Shown: piece by piece, positions 17,450-27,234 of the stretch
How positions within the stretch are numbered: the stretch's first letter is position 1
Layout of the letters: each line of letters begins with the position of its first letter
Source: a virus
Reading direction: 5' to 3' (one strand)
IMG/VR virus record: IMGVR_UViG_3300043446_002688
Length of the DNA stretch: 64,000 nt
Position numbers and translations under genes: made by a program
Notes under the pieces: model-generated
The model's input: the letters and a program-made list of their open reading frames with translations, nothing else
Told to the model about the DNA's origin: nothing
Databases searched by the model: none

Positions 17450-17626
17450 ATGCAAGGACACAATTTCAATCGTACCATGCAAGCCAAGGGTATGTTTGTA
17501 TATTGTGGCCGATGTGGGTTGATTAGACTAGGCAATCGTGCAACACAAAAGGCCATTAACAAACCATGCAATGGCCTCCGTGATTTAGATGATGATGAAT
17601 ATTTGAAATTGAAAGGCAAGAAATGA
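17450..17626 (+). CDS. Small Cys-containing basic protein, 58 aa
   Basis: Read by hand; CGRCG; fills the gap. Confidence 0.55.
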   Translation: MQGHNFNRTMQAKGMFVYCGRCGLIRLGNRATQKAINKPCNGLRDLDDDEYLKLKGKK

Positions 17627-17847
17627 CCAAACGCAAATTACCGTTTGATTGTATGATTCTGGATACCGAACCAGTTGAAGTGAAAAACCCATTTTCAGGC
17701 CAGTCCTGTATGTTGGAACCTGATGCCGTGGCCGTGTATGATTGTATCAGCGGTGCCAATATGATTGGTGATTATAAAACCGTCCGTAAGGGTTTGGATT
17801 GGTTTCGTAAGTATTTCCCTGAGGAATACATGGTGTTGTTGGATTAA
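17623..17847 (+). CDS. Conserved hypothetical protein
   Basis: NPFSGQSCMLEPDAVAVYD...PEEYMVLLD. Confidence 0.7.
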   Translation: MTKRKLPFDCMILDTEPVEVKNPFSGQSCMLEPDAVAVYDCISGANMIGDYKTVRKGLDWFRKYFPEEYMVLLD

Positions 17848-18074
17848 TGGAGATTTTTATGAATGAATTGTTGACCAAAGAATATGACCAAGGTTATGAG
17901 GACGGTTACACCGCTGGTGAGAACATGAACCCATACGATTTTGATTCGGTTGAGTTTGCTCAGTATGAGGAAGGTTACACCGATGGCATGGACCAATACA
18001 TTCGTGAAAACGATTTGTATGATGGTCAACCAACAGAGCAAATGGAATGGCATGATTTTGATCCAGATTGTTAA
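17847..18074 (+). CDS. Acidic hypothetical protein
   Basis: YDQGYEDG/YEEGYTDG repeats; C-terminal EWHDFDPDC. Confidence 0.7.
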   Translation: MEIFMNELLTKEYDQGYEDGYTAGENMNPYDFDSVEFAQYEEGYTDGMDQYIRENDLYDGQPTEQMEWHDFDPDC

Positions 18075-18202
18075 TCATGGCCGTCCTAATCATTTTATTA
18101 ATTGAGTTTGGTATCCGAATGTAAGTTTACCACAATTGGGGCTTGCCATGGTTTACCATCGGCATATAATCCACGGTGTAGCCCCTTTGATGAGGATTAA
18201 TT

Positions 18203-18409
18203 ATGGAAGTTTTGGATATCTTATGGTTTACCAATATGTTTGGATGTGTTGGTATTGCAAGGACTGATGATGAATATAATGGCATCCGCTATTATATCAG
18301 TTATGTACCAGGTTTGAATGTTGATGAAGATACTGAGCGTGTTGCACAGTATGGTTCCACATTCCCTAAGGATGCTGGTGATGCTTTGTTTGGTATAAAA
18401 GGTGAATGA
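18203..18409 (+). CDS. Hypothetical protein
   Basis: GAGG RBS. Confidence 0.7.
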   Translation: MEVLDILWFTNMFGCVGIARTDDEYNGIRYYISYVPGLNVDEDTERVAQYGSTFPKDAGDALFGIKGE

Positions 18410-18824
18410 TATGTTTGATGATTTTGATGCTCAGGGTTACACAATCAATTATGAAAAGGTATTGGAATCGGATGATATGTCATCCGTTACCAAGTTATTG
18501 GCACTTAAACTAATGAAAACACCATATATGTCAGTTGGTGATTTTCTACAATCATTGAGTGATAGTGATGTTGAATCAATGGTGCAAATGCTTGAATCCA
18601 AAGAAAAACGGCTCGATGATATTCTTATTATCTCTGAAATGTTGGCAACAGCAGAAGGTTTGGATGGTGCTGCCGATTTGGATGTGTTTATTGACCGAAG
18701 TAATCAACTTACAGGTTTCATTATCATTGAATCATTGAAACGCAAAGGTTTGGTAAAAGTGTATTATGAGAATATGTCCTTTGGTGAGGAACTTGGTGAT
18801 AAAGTTGTTGTGGAGAGAATCTAA
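18402..18824 (+). CDS. Hypothetical protein
   Basis: Operon-packed ORF. Confidence 0.7.
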   Translation: MNDMFDDFDAQGYTINYEKVLESDDMSSVTKLLALKLMKTPYMSVGDFLQSLSDSDVESMVQMLESKEKRLDDILIISEMLATAEGLDGAADLDVFIDRSNQLTGFIIIESLKRKGLVKVYYENMSFGEELGDKVVVERI

Positions 18825-19114
18825 TGTGGCGTAAGAAACAAATTGCCGATAAAGTGGCAGAAGATATTGATGGCGATACAATACCAGAGATTGTATTTGC
18901 ACCTGGTTGTTTTGACCATTTTGAAGGCACACAGGAAGAATTGGATGCCTTGAAGGCGGAGATTATGGAAATGTTTGCAGGCAAAACATCCAAACAACTT
19001 ATGTCAGAAACACGATTGTTGAGTGCTGAAGATATTATGGATATGCCTGAAGAAGTGCAACAACAAATTGTTGATGCTTTGAATGGTGTTGACACCACAC
19101 GGAAATTACATTGA
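18824..19114 (+). CDS. Hypothetical protein
   Basis: Operon-packed ORF. Confidence 0.7.
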   Translation: MWRKKQIADKVAEDIDGDTIPEIVFAPGCFDHFEGTQEELDALKAEIMEMFAGKTSKQLMSETRLLSAEDIMDMPEEVQQQIVDALNGVDTTRKLH

Positions 19115-19249
19115 AAAAGATTTTTGATTTTTTGGATAAATGGCTCAGTCCATCCAAACAGGTCACCGATGGTGAAGATGTTGCCGATACATTGGTGTTA
19201 TTCGCCATTATTGTGCTTTTGTTAGTTGTTGCATTAAAGTGAGAATATT

Positions 19250-19447
19250 ATGGATTTAGAATTATCATATGCGGAAGACTTCACCTTGGATTCGGCACTC
19301 CGTTTCCTGCTAGGTCAACCATGGAATATTGACGATGATATATGTCACCTAGACCGTCAGGGGTTAGACGGAGACCTCATTTGGTTGACTACCAGAGTCC
19401 TATTTGGTCCCGCCACCGTCCACCTTGCTACGGGTGTTGCAGTATAA
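19250..19447 (+). CDS. Hypothetical protein
   Basis: ORF track; weak RBS. Confidence 0.45.
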   Translation: MDLELSYAEDFTLDSALRFLLGQPWNIDDDICHLDRQGLDGDLIWLTTRVLFGPATVHLATGVAV

Positions 19448-19466
19448 TAGTTGACCTCCATAATGG

Positions 19467-19511
19467 AGAACTAAAGTATTAGGTTGCCATTTTGCGTGGT
19501 TGTGTTAGAAT
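19467..19511 (+). promoter_or_regulatory. Early promoter TTGCCA-N16-TAGAAT with TAAA-GTATT box
   Basis: CTAAAGTATT-AGG-TTGCCA 19484, TAGAAT 19506. Confidence 0.75.
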
Positions 19512-19539
19512 ACTTGTATTGATTGATTAGGACACACAC

Positions 19540-20424
19540 ATGACACAAGTTACATTCGTAAACGGCAAATATCAGGCAATTATCAACGGCAAAACTGTTA
19601 AACGCACCAAAAAAGAGCACATGGATTATGTGTTGCGTAAAGCAGGTGTGCAAGGTAGTGCCGCTGAAGCGTCCACACCACAAGAATCCCGTTTCTCTAT
19701 CAATGAGCGTTTTGGTTTCGTTGGTGACATGGTAACCATGTTGTGCAAAGGTGCTCAACCCTCTGTTATTATCACTGGTCCTGGTGGTCTTGGTAAGTCC
19801 TATACCGTGACCAAAACACTAGAAGCCAATGGTTTCAAAGATATGTCCATTCTGGATGATTCGTTTGAAGTTGGCACCAAGACTGCCAAAAACAAATTCG
19901 TTGTTGTCAAAGGTTATTCTACACCTAAAGGTTTGTACCGTTTGTTGTATGAAAACAAAGATGGCGTGATTGTGTTTGATGATTGTGATTCCGTATTGAA
20001 AGATCCAGTATCTTTGAACCTGTTAAAAGGTGCATTGGATTCTTATTCACGCCGTATCATTTCATGGCGTGCCGATATCAAAGACGAAGATTTGCCTACA
20101 ACCTTTGAATTCAAAGGCCGTGTGGTGTTTATCTCCAATTTGGCGTCAACACAAATTGACCAAGCAATTATCACCCGTTCTATGGCCGTGGACCTGTCCA
20201 TGACCACACAACAAAAGGTAGAGCGTATGCGCTTTATTCTCCAATCTGGTGAATTCATGCCTACAACCAACAAACAATTCAAAGATGATGCCATTGCATT
20301 GATTGAAGAATTGCAAGACAAAGTGAAAGAGTTGTCGCTGCGTACCTTGATTCAGGTAACAAAAATCCGTGCCAATGCAGGTGCCAATTGGCGTAACCTT
20401 GCTGAGTATACAATCTGTGGTTAA
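19540..20424 (+). CDS. AAA+ ATPase
   Basis: Walker A GPGGLGKS, Walker B IVFDDCD, VVFISN sensor. Confidence 0.85.
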   Translation: MTQVTFVNGKYQAIINGKTVKRTKKEHMDYVLRKAGVQGSAAEASTPQESRFSINERFGFVGDMVTMLCKGAQPSVIITGPGGLGKSYTVTKTLEANGFKDMSILDDSFEVGTKTAKNKFVVVKGYSTPKGLYRLLYENKDGVIVFDDCDSVLKDPVSLNLLKGALDSYSRRIISWRADIKDEDLPTTFEFKGRVVFISNLASTQIDQAIITRSMAVDLSMTTQQKVERMRFILQSGEFMPTTNKQFKDDAIALIEELQDKVKELSLRTLIQVTKIRANAGANWRNLAEYTICG

Positions 20425-20520
20425 TCAGGTAACACAATTCATAGGCATCACATTCGGCATCATATTAATGGTTGCTGGTGTGGTGTTTTGGTTAAGTTTG
20501 GTTAATTTTTGGAGTAAGTA

Positions 20521-20802
20521 ATGAAAGTTGTAATTAATAAATGCTATGGTGGTTTTGGCATTTCTGAAATGGGTCAAGACCTTTACAAAGAACGCAAAGG
20601 CATCACCGATCCAGATTGGTACTATCGTGATGTTGAACGAAATGATCCTGTTTTGATTGAATTGATTGAACAGTATGGTGATGCCATTAATGGAAGGTAT
20701 GCCGATTTGAGAATTGTGGAAATTCCAGATGGCGTTGAATGGCAAATTGAAGAATATGATGGCAATGAATGGATTGCTGAGAAACATAGGACATGGACAT
20801 GA
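20521..20802 (+). CDS. Conserved phage hypothetical protein
   Basis: KVVINKCYGGFG...IEEYDGNEWIAEKHRTW. Confidence 0.8.
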   Translation: MKVVINKCYGGFGISEMGQDLYKERKGITDPDWYYRDVERNDPVLIELIEQYGDAINGRYADLRIVEIPDGVEWQIEEYDGNEWIAEKHRTWT

Positions 20803-21203
20803 CAAGTTTAGTATTGATTCGTGGTTTGCCTGGTTCAGGTAAATCCACCATTGCTAAGAACCTGATTGGTTGGTATTGGCACGTTGAGACTGACCAGTTT
20901 TGGATGGTTGATGGTGAATACAAATTTGATATGTCTCGTATCAAAGAAGCACACCAATGGTGCCAAGATAAAACTAAATCAATGTTGAATATGGGACAAT
21001 CTGTTGTGGTGTCCAATACATTCACCACAGCTTTTGAGTTGTTGCCTTACTTTGACATTGCAAAAGAGTTTGGTATTAAACCACAGGTTCTATTGGCACA
21101 AGGACAGTTTGGAAATATCCATAATGTACCTGAAGAAGTGTTGACTAAAATGGCCGCACGGTTTGAATATAACATTGACCACTTATTTGCGAGGTTGTTA
21201 TGA
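20793..21203 (+). CDS. P-loop polynucleotide/nucleotide kinase-like protein (AAA_33-like)
   Basis: LIRGLPGSGKST, VVVSNTF, HNVPEEV. Confidence 0.8.
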   Translation: MDMTSLVLIRGLPGSGKSTIAKNLIGWYWHVETDQFWMVDGEYKFDMSRIKEAHQWCQDKTKSMLNMGQSVVVSNTFTTAFELLPYFDIAKEFGIKPQVLLAQGQFGNIHNVPEEVLTKMAARFEYNIDHLFARLL

Positions 21204-21397
21204 CAGTTATTAAATCAGATATTGATACATGGTTGTTATCATTGCTTGGTCGCCAAGAATTGGTTGAGCAATGGTGGACAGGTTCAAACTTCCATTTTGG
21301 AATGAAAACACCACTTGAAGTTTATCAAGGCACGGATGAACAGCGTGAAAGTGTTATTCGTTATGTGCGTTCGTTTGTGCAAGGAGATTATAGTTAA
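21200..21397 (+). CDS. Small protein resembling an antitoxin Xre/MbcA-like C-terminal domain
   Basis: WWTGSNFHFGMKTPLEVY. Confidence 0.45.
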   Translation: MTVIKSDIDTWLLSLLGRQELVEQWWTGSNFHFGMKTPLEVYQGTDEQRESVIRYVRSFVQGDYS

Positions 21398-21972
21398 TGT
21401 TTGTCTTTGATGTTGAAACACTTGGTAAGAAATCCGATTCGGTCATTCTATCAATGGCCGCTATCTATTTCAATCCTGATGAAAAGCCATCACCACAACA
21501 AATGCGTGATGATGCTTTCTATGCCAAGTTTGATGTTAAAGACCAACATACACGATTGAACCGGCACATGGGCAAGTCCACTATGGAATGGTGGAAGAAA
21601 CAATGCGACAATGTGAAAAAGGTTTCATTTGTGCCTAATGAGATTGATTGTGTGTTTGAGGATGGTTATGAAGCCATGCGTAAATGGGCAGAATCAAAGA
21701 ATGATCCAAAATGTTGGGTGTGGGCTCGTGGTAACTTAGACCAATTGGTGTTGGATGATATTGAAGAGCAATGTGGTTTGACACCAATATGGTATTTCAA
21801 TCGTTGGCGTGATGTAAGAACTGCTGTTGATTTTCTATACAACACACAAGATGGTTATACTGATGTGGATTATCCAGGTTGGAATTCAAAGATGGAAATT
21901 ACCAAACATAATCCAATTGATGATTGTTTGTTGGACGCCATGATGTTGGTGTATGGAGTGAAACATGAATGA
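21397..21972 (+). CDS. DEDDh 3'-5' exonuclease (DexA-like)
   Basis: FDVETLG, WARG..D, RDVRT, HNPIDDC. Confidence 0.85.
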   Translation: MFVFDVETLGKKSDSVILSMAAIYFNPDEKPSPQQMRDDAFYAKFDVKDQHTRLNRHMGKSTMEWWKKQCDNVKKVSFVPNEIDCVFEDGYEAMRKWAESKNDPKCWVWARGNLDQLVLDDIEEQCGLTPIWYFNRWRDVRTAVDFLYNTQDGYTDVDYPGWNSKMEITKHNPIDDCLLDAMMLVYGVKHE

Positions 21973-22171
21973 ACGAATTAAACAACTTGCTGAACAGGCT
22001 CAACAATATGCTGAGTATATAACTCCACAAGGGTGTGAATGGTTTGACACATTCAAGGAAAAGTTCGCCGAGTTGATTGTTCGGGAATGTGCCGATGTTG
22101 CTACTGTTAATCAATATCAAGCCTTCTCAGCCGGTCACTATGTTAAGAAACATTTTGGAGTTGAAGAATGA
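21965..22171 (+). CDS. Hypothetical protein (MNERIKQLAEQA...FAELIVREC)
   Basis: Common phage small-protein pattern. Confidence 0.7.
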   Translation: MNERIKQLAEQAQQYAEYITPQGCEWFDTFKEKFAELIVRECADVATVNQYQAFSAGHYVKKHFGVEE

Positions 22172-22395
22172 ACCAACTAATTAAAGAATTGGCCTTAGAG
22201 GCAGGCGGTAGTCACTACCCTGATGTAAACACAAAGCAATTAATTTATTTTGCTGAGTTGATTATCAAAGAGTGCAACAAGGCCGTATTGGAAGTTCCAT
22301 GTTATTACAAAGACTATCGTAGTCAAATTGAAGAAGCTGTGATTAAAGATTGTGCTCGTGCTATATTAGAACGATTTGAGATGGACGATGTTTGA
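22168..22395 (+). CDS. Hypothetical protein, paralogous pattern to the 21965 ORF
   Basis: MNQLIKELA...FAELIIKEC. Confidence 0.7.
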   Translation: MNQLIKELALEAGGSHYPDVNTKQLIYFAELIIKECNKAVLEVPCYYKDYRSQIEEAVIKDCARAILERFEMDDV

Positions 22396-22506
22396 TGTAA
22401 TCTCAACTATATTGAAATACATTGCCTATTTCTTGGTTACATTTCTTTGGATTTTGTTTTTGATACCTCTTGTGTATCATATTGTAAATTGGATAGGTAA
22501 ATTGTT

Positions 22507-22788
22507 ATGAAAAAACTTTTAATTGTAATGTTTGTATTGGCCTTAACTGCTTGCGGTAAACATTCAAGTGATACAACCGCATTTGCATCCGATACTGATG
22601 ATGTGATTGTTTTGAATGCCTGTTTACAACGTGAATTGTTCAATGAGTGTATGAAGGCATTACCAGCAGGACCACAAGCAACCAAATACAATGATTGGGA
22701 CGAAGTTGTTTCTGAATGCCGCCAAGGCGCAAGATATATGGCCAAGCGTGCTCGCAGGTTTGTACCACCAGAGTGTGAAGGACAATAA
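22507..22788 (+). CDS. Lipoprotein
   Basis: MKKLLIVMFVLALTA-C lipobox. Confidence 0.75.
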   Translation: MKKLLIVMFVLALTACGKHSSDTTAFASDTDDVIVLNACLQRELFNECMKALPAGPQATKYNDWDEVVSECRQGARYMAKRARRFVPPECEGQ

Positions 22789-22986
22789 ATGCGGTGGAAA
22801 GATAAGACAGTCTACCAGATTGGTGACCATAGGGAACGCTTTCCATTCGCATGGACACCCACCAGAGCAGGTGATTATACAGTATGGTTGGAACGATACT
22901 GGATCAAAGAGAAACTCATAGGAATCGCCTATGTGAAAGAGATGTGGGCGGAGGTTGACAGGTCGACCGCCTGTTATTACTACTAA
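22789..22986 (+). CDS. Hypothetical protein
   Basis: Operon-packed ORF. Confidence 0.55.
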   Translation: MRWKDKTVYQIGDHRERFPFAWTPTRAGDYTVWLERYWIKEKLIGIAYVKEMWAEVDRSTACYYY

Positions 22987-23046
22987 AGTATTACTGTTGT
23001 AAACCTACAACAAAACACTTGCCATTTGGCATGGTTCCGTTATAAT
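22979..23046 (+). promoter_or_regulatory. rII promoter TTGCCA-N16-TATAAT with TGTTGT-N6-ACAACA dyad
   Basis: Dyad 22995-23012, -35 23019, -10 23041. Confidence 0.8.
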
Positions 23047-23080
23047 TGATGTTTTGATTGATTGATATAAGGCATTTGTA

Positions 23081-25258
23081 ATGATTCTAAACAACGCACC
23101 ACAGGCAGAAGCTGTATTGTCAAATGTTGGCGAAATCGGTGAATTCCGCATCCGCAATTCTGCCAAGGCATTTAACATTCTATCTTCTGGTTTGTATGCC
23201 AACAAGATTAAAGCCATCATTCGTGAATTGTCATGCAATGCTGTGGACTCCCATGTTGCTGCAGGTAACACCGAACCTTTTGAAGTTCACCTGCCTACTG
23301 CAATAGAACCATTTTTCTCTATTCGTGATTTTGGCACAGGACTTAACCATGAGCAAGTCACCAATATCTACACCACCTATTTTGAGTCCACTAAGACTAA
23401 TAGCAATGCTTTCATTGGCGCCCTTGGTCTTGGTTCTAAGTCTCCATTTAGTTATACGGATAATTTCACCGTAACTGCTATCAAAGATGGCCACAAAGGC
23501 ATTTATTCTGCTTTCATTAATGGTGATGGTGTGCCTTCTATTGCTCTGATGGGTGAAGAAGATACAACCGAACCTGCTGGCGTAGAGATTAAATTCTCCG
23601 TGAATGAACGCAACGATTTTTACAAGTTTGAAGATGAGGCCAAAAAGGTTTATCGTTGGTTCAAACAACAACCAAAATTTACTGGTCGTGAATTGACCAT
23701 TGTTCCAATTGATTATGAAACCGAGGACATTATTCCTGGTGTTCATTCCATTTCTATGTCATCACGCTCTGTGGCTGTGATGGGTAATATTGCATATCCG
23801 ATTGAAGTGCCTAACGCTGACAAGAACCTTGAAGGTTTGAGTAAATTGTTGGAATGTGGCCTTGTCATGGAATTTGGCATCGGTGAGTTGGACTTCCAAG
23901 CAAGTCGTGAAGGTTTGTCCTACATTCCACAAACTGTTGATGCCATTAAAAACAAGTTGCAACAAGTTAATGATGCGTTGACTGATGTATTGGCCAAAGA
24001 AGCTGATGTGATTGACAACGCATGGACTCGTTCACAATTCCTGTATGGCAAGAAACGCAATGCGTTGTGGTCTGCTGCTGTGAATGATTATGCTTCCAAG
24101 AACAACACACCATTGTTTGAACCTAAGACACAATGGTCTAGTGATTATTCTATTGATATGCGTTTGTCTGATGCAGCCAAATTTAATATTGCATTGAGTG
24201 GTTTTCACATTTATCGTGGCGAAAAACTTGCCAAGAACATGAAGATTGCTTCAAAAAACTTTGGTAACAAATATGATGACGGCACTACAAAAATAGAGGA
24301 ATACATTTCCTTTTCGGTAATACCAAATGTTTTCTTCATTGCAAACGACACAAAGGTTGGTTCATTAGAGCGTGCTAAACAACACTTCCGTGCTAACCCA
24401 GACAAAAATTCTAGTTTCCGTTATGCTGTCTTGTTGAATAAAATTGACAAGAACAAAGAAATGGATTTGAAAGGTTTTTATGACCTCATTCAAAATCCAC
24501 CAGATGCACAACGCATGGTCGTATCACAATTAGATGAACGCCAACGCAAATCAGGCGGTAATGGTTTCGGTAAAAATGTGAACATTATGAAAGTTGAAGA
24601 GCGTGGCGGCAGTGCATGGCATAGTTCTTCAAAAGATTATGTGTGGCGGGCAGCTGATACATTGGACAAATTTGATGACAACACCACATATTACTATATG
24701 CCGTTGAAAGGTTTTCAACCATTGTGGAATTCCATGAAGTATTATTATTCTGTACAAGATTTTGTTGCCTGTTTGAAGAATACCAGACTGCCTGAATTCC
24801 AGGTTCAAGTGTATGGTGTCCGTAAAGGTGACCTGCCTGCCATCCAATCCAAGAAGAATTGGGTGAATGTGGAATCCTTTGTCAAGGGTAATATTGAAAA
24901 GATTGCCGACAAAGTGGTATTAACCGAAGTTGTTTCATCGCTTGACAGACATGTACTTTTTGAGTATAATTACCAAAAACTGCATGATGTTGTTGTTAAC
25001 GATAAAAGTCCTGCAAAGATTTTGCTTGCTGACATGGCTGGTCTACCTGAAATGAGTGGACATCGTTCATTGAAAAATCTGATGCAACTTTTTGGTATTG
25101 AATCAAAGCTCGTTGCTACTGATTTGATTAGTAAGTATAAAACAATTCTGAAAGAATTTAGTGACCGTTACCCTCTGGTCAATAAATTCTCCACTTCAGC
25201 AAAAGAGGGTGATGTTGGTGAGTATATTAATTTAATTGACACAGTGAAAGGTGTTTGA
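23081..25258 (+). CDS. rIIA: RIIA protein
   Basis: GHKL-type N-terminus IIRELSCNAVDSH, IRDFGTG, GLGSKSPF, QASREGL; upstream of rIIB. Confidence 0.92.
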   Translation: MILNNAPQAEAVLSNVGEIGEFRIRNSAKAFNILSSGLYANKIKAIIRELSCNAVDSHVAAGNTEPFEVHLPTAIEPFFSIRDFGTGLNHEQVTNIYTTYFESTKTNSNAFIGALGLGSKSPFSYTDNFTVTAIKDGHKGIYSAFINGDGVPSIALMGEEDTTEPAGVEIKFSVNERNDFYKFEDEAKKVYRWFKQQPKFTGRELTIVPIDYETEDIIPGVHSISMSSRSVAVMGNIAYPIEVPNADKNLEGLSKLLECGLVMEFGIGELDFQASREGLSYIPQTVDAIKNKLQQVNDALTDVLAKEADVIDNAWTRSQFLYGKKRNALWSAAVNDYASKNNTPLFEPKTQWSSDYSIDMRLSDAAKFNIALSGFHIYRGEKLAKNMKIASKNFGNKYDDGTTKIEEYISFSVIPNVFFIANDTKVGSLERAKQHFRANPDKNSSFRYAVLLNKIDKNKEMDLKGFYDLIQNPPDAQRMVVSQLDERQRKSGGNGFGKNVNIMKVEERGGSAWHSSSKDYVWRAADTLDKFDDNTTYYYMPLKGFQPLWNSMKYYYSVQDFVACLKNTRLPEFQVQVYGVRKGDLPAIQSKKNWVNVESFVKGNIEKIADKVVLTEVVSSLDRHVLFEYNYQKLHDVVVNDKSPAKILLADMAGLPEMSGHRSLKNLMQLFGIESKLVATDLISKYKTILKEFSDRYPLVNKFSTSAKEGDVGEYINLIDTVKGV

Positions 25259-26042
25259 AATGTTTCCGTATCTGATTCAAGGTAATAACGTTGTGGTCGT
25301 TATCAAAAATAAACCACATACAATTAGCAAAACCCACATCACTTATCAAAAAGTGGTTGATGCTATCAAGGCTGCCGATTGGCAGACTGTCGAGAACATT
25401 ATTGATCCTAAGAAGGTCGTGTTGAACTATGGCAATGGCAATGTGGCAATCCAAGGCGATAAGTTGTTTTGGAAAGGTACTGAAATGCACGGTGCCATTG
25501 TTAAACGCATGGTGCAAATGTTGCAAGAAGGTTTCCCAGTTGAACCATTGGTTAACTTCATGGACAACATGATGCAAAACCCATCGTACCGTTCAGTAAA
25601 TGAATTGTATGGTTTCTTGGAAAAGAATAACCTGCCAATTACACCTGATGGTCATTTCTTGGCATACAAAAAAGTCCGTGATGACTACAAGGATGTTTAC
25701 TCTGGTAAGTTTGACAACTCTGTTGGTCAAATCGTGGAGATGGAACGCAACCAAGTTAATGATGATGCACGACAAACCTGCTCGGCTGGTTTGCACTTCT
25801 GCTCAGAAGGTTATCTTGGCCACTTTGGTGGTGCTCGTGTGATGATTCTTAAAATCAATCCTCGTGATGTTGTATCCATTCCAACCGATTACGACAACAG
25901 CAAGGGTCGTGCCTGCCGTTATGAGGTTGTTGGTGAAGTTGGTGTAAATCCTGATGATGAGGTAGAATTTACCGCTCCTGTGCAGGACAATGCCAATTCT
26001 TGGAACCAAGAACAAGACACCATTGTTACCAATTTTGGTTAA
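25251..26042 (+). CDS. rIIB: RIIB protein
   Basis: ITPDGHFLAYK, CSAGLHFCS, KINPRDVVSIP, KGRACRYEVVGE. Confidence 0.92.
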   Translation: MFEMFPYLIQGNNVVVVIKNKPHTISKTHITYQKVVDAIKAADWQTVENIIDPKKVVLNYGNGNVAIQGDKLFWKGTEMHGAIVKRMVQMLQEGFPVEPLVNFMDNMMQNPSYRSVNELYGFLEKNNLPITPDGHFLAYKKVRDDYKDVYSGKFDNSVGQIVEMERNQVNDDARQTCSAGLHFCSEGYLGHFGGARVMILKINPRDVVSIPTDYDNSKGRACRYEVVGEVGVNPDDEVEFTAPVQDNANSWNQEQDTIVTNFG

Positions 26043-26050
26043 AAAGTAAC

Positions 26051-26079
26051 TTGCCAACCTAGTGTTGGCATGTTACAAT
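26051..26079 (+). promoter_or_regulatory. Promoter TTGCCA-N17-TACAAT
   Basis: Upstream of the AAA gene at 26107. Confidence 0.65.
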
Positions 26080-26106
26080 ACATTTTTTGTTTGAGAGAGT
26101 TTTGTT

Positions 26107-27234
26107 ATGACATATTTTTTGAAGAATGGTAATACTTACCGTGTGGCAACCAAAGAAGCAATGGACTTGCATGAGACATTGCCTGCTGGTAACTATGTGG
26201 TCAAGCAGATGCCTATGGAAGGTCCATTGTACCTTGAACAAATTGATTCGTTTGATTCACCAAAGAAAATGTATGGTGATGTTCAAACAAGAACCGACCG
26301 TATCATTGGTACATTCTTGAACCGTGATAAATCCACTGGTGTATTGCTGACTGGCGAAAAAGGTTCTGGTAAAACCATGTTGAGCAAGAATATCTGTATT
26401 CAATTGGCTGCACAACATGCCGTGCCAACTATTGTTATCAACGCACCATGGCATGGTGATTCTTTCAATACATTCATTCAATCTATTGAACAACCATGTG
26501 TTGTGTTGTTTGATGAGTTTGAAAAAGTGTATGACCGTGAACAACAAGAATCTATGTTGACCTTGTTGGATGGTATCTACTCTAGCAAGAAATTGTTCCT
26601 GTTGACCTGTAACGACAAATGGCGTGTTGATAGTCATATGCGTAACCGTCCAGGTCGTATCTTCTATTACTTGAACTTCACTGGTTTGGATTCAGAATTC
26701 ATCCGTGAATACTGTGAAGATAACCTAAAGAATAAATCACACATTGATAAACTGGTGAGCATTACTTCCGTATTCTCAGCATTCAACTTTGATATGTTGA
26801 AGGCTACTGTTGAAGAAATGAACCGTTACGATGAAACACCAAACCAAGCATTGACCATTCTTAATGTGAAGGCAGAGTTTGATAGTGGTACATCATATGA
26901 GGTTGAGGCATACCGTGGTGAACACAAAGCGGAACGCCTGAGTCCATCCATTTGGACTGGTACACCATTGGCAAATGATGATATCAGCTTGAATATGTTT
27001 TTCAAGGCACCAAAAGGTTACGATGAAGATGGAACAGCGCCTTCTCTTGCTGATATGAGAGCAATGACAGGAACTGAAACTGGTCTTGAATATGGTTGGA
27101 TTGATGAAGAATTCGCCGCAGGTGACTTGATTAAGTTTGATTCTAAGTCAGGCAAATTCATCTTTGAGAAGAATGGTTTGACCGTAATTCTTTCTCGTAT
27201 GAAAACCCGTTCTTACAACTTTGATGCGTTCTGA
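26107..27234 (+). CDS. AAA family ATPase
   Basis: GEKGSGKT, VLFDEFEK, LTLLDG, RPGR arginine finger. Confidence 0.85.
   Translation: MTYFLKNGNTYRVATKEAMDLHETLPAGNYVVKQMPMEGPLYLEQIDSFDSPKKMYGDVQTRTDRIIGTFLNRDKSTGVLLTGEKGSGKTMLSKNICIQLAAQHAVPTIVINAPWHGDSFNTFIQSIEQPCVVLFDEFEKVYDREQQESMLTLLDGIYSSKKLFLLTCNDKWRVDSHMRNRPGRIFYYLNFTGLDSEFIREYCEDNLKNKSHIDKLVSITSVFSAFNFDMLKATVEEMNRYDETPNQALTILNVKAEFDSGTSYEVEAYRGEHKAERLSPSIWTGTPLANDDISLNMFFKAPKGYDEDGTAPSLADMRAMTGTETGLEYGWIDEEFAAGDLIKFDSKSGKFIFEKNGLTVILSRMKTRSYNFDAF

Noticed and set aside
21200-21397. Toxin-antitoxin pair around the MbcA-like ORF
   Set aside because: No recognisable RES or other toxin gene adjacent; the similarity is weak
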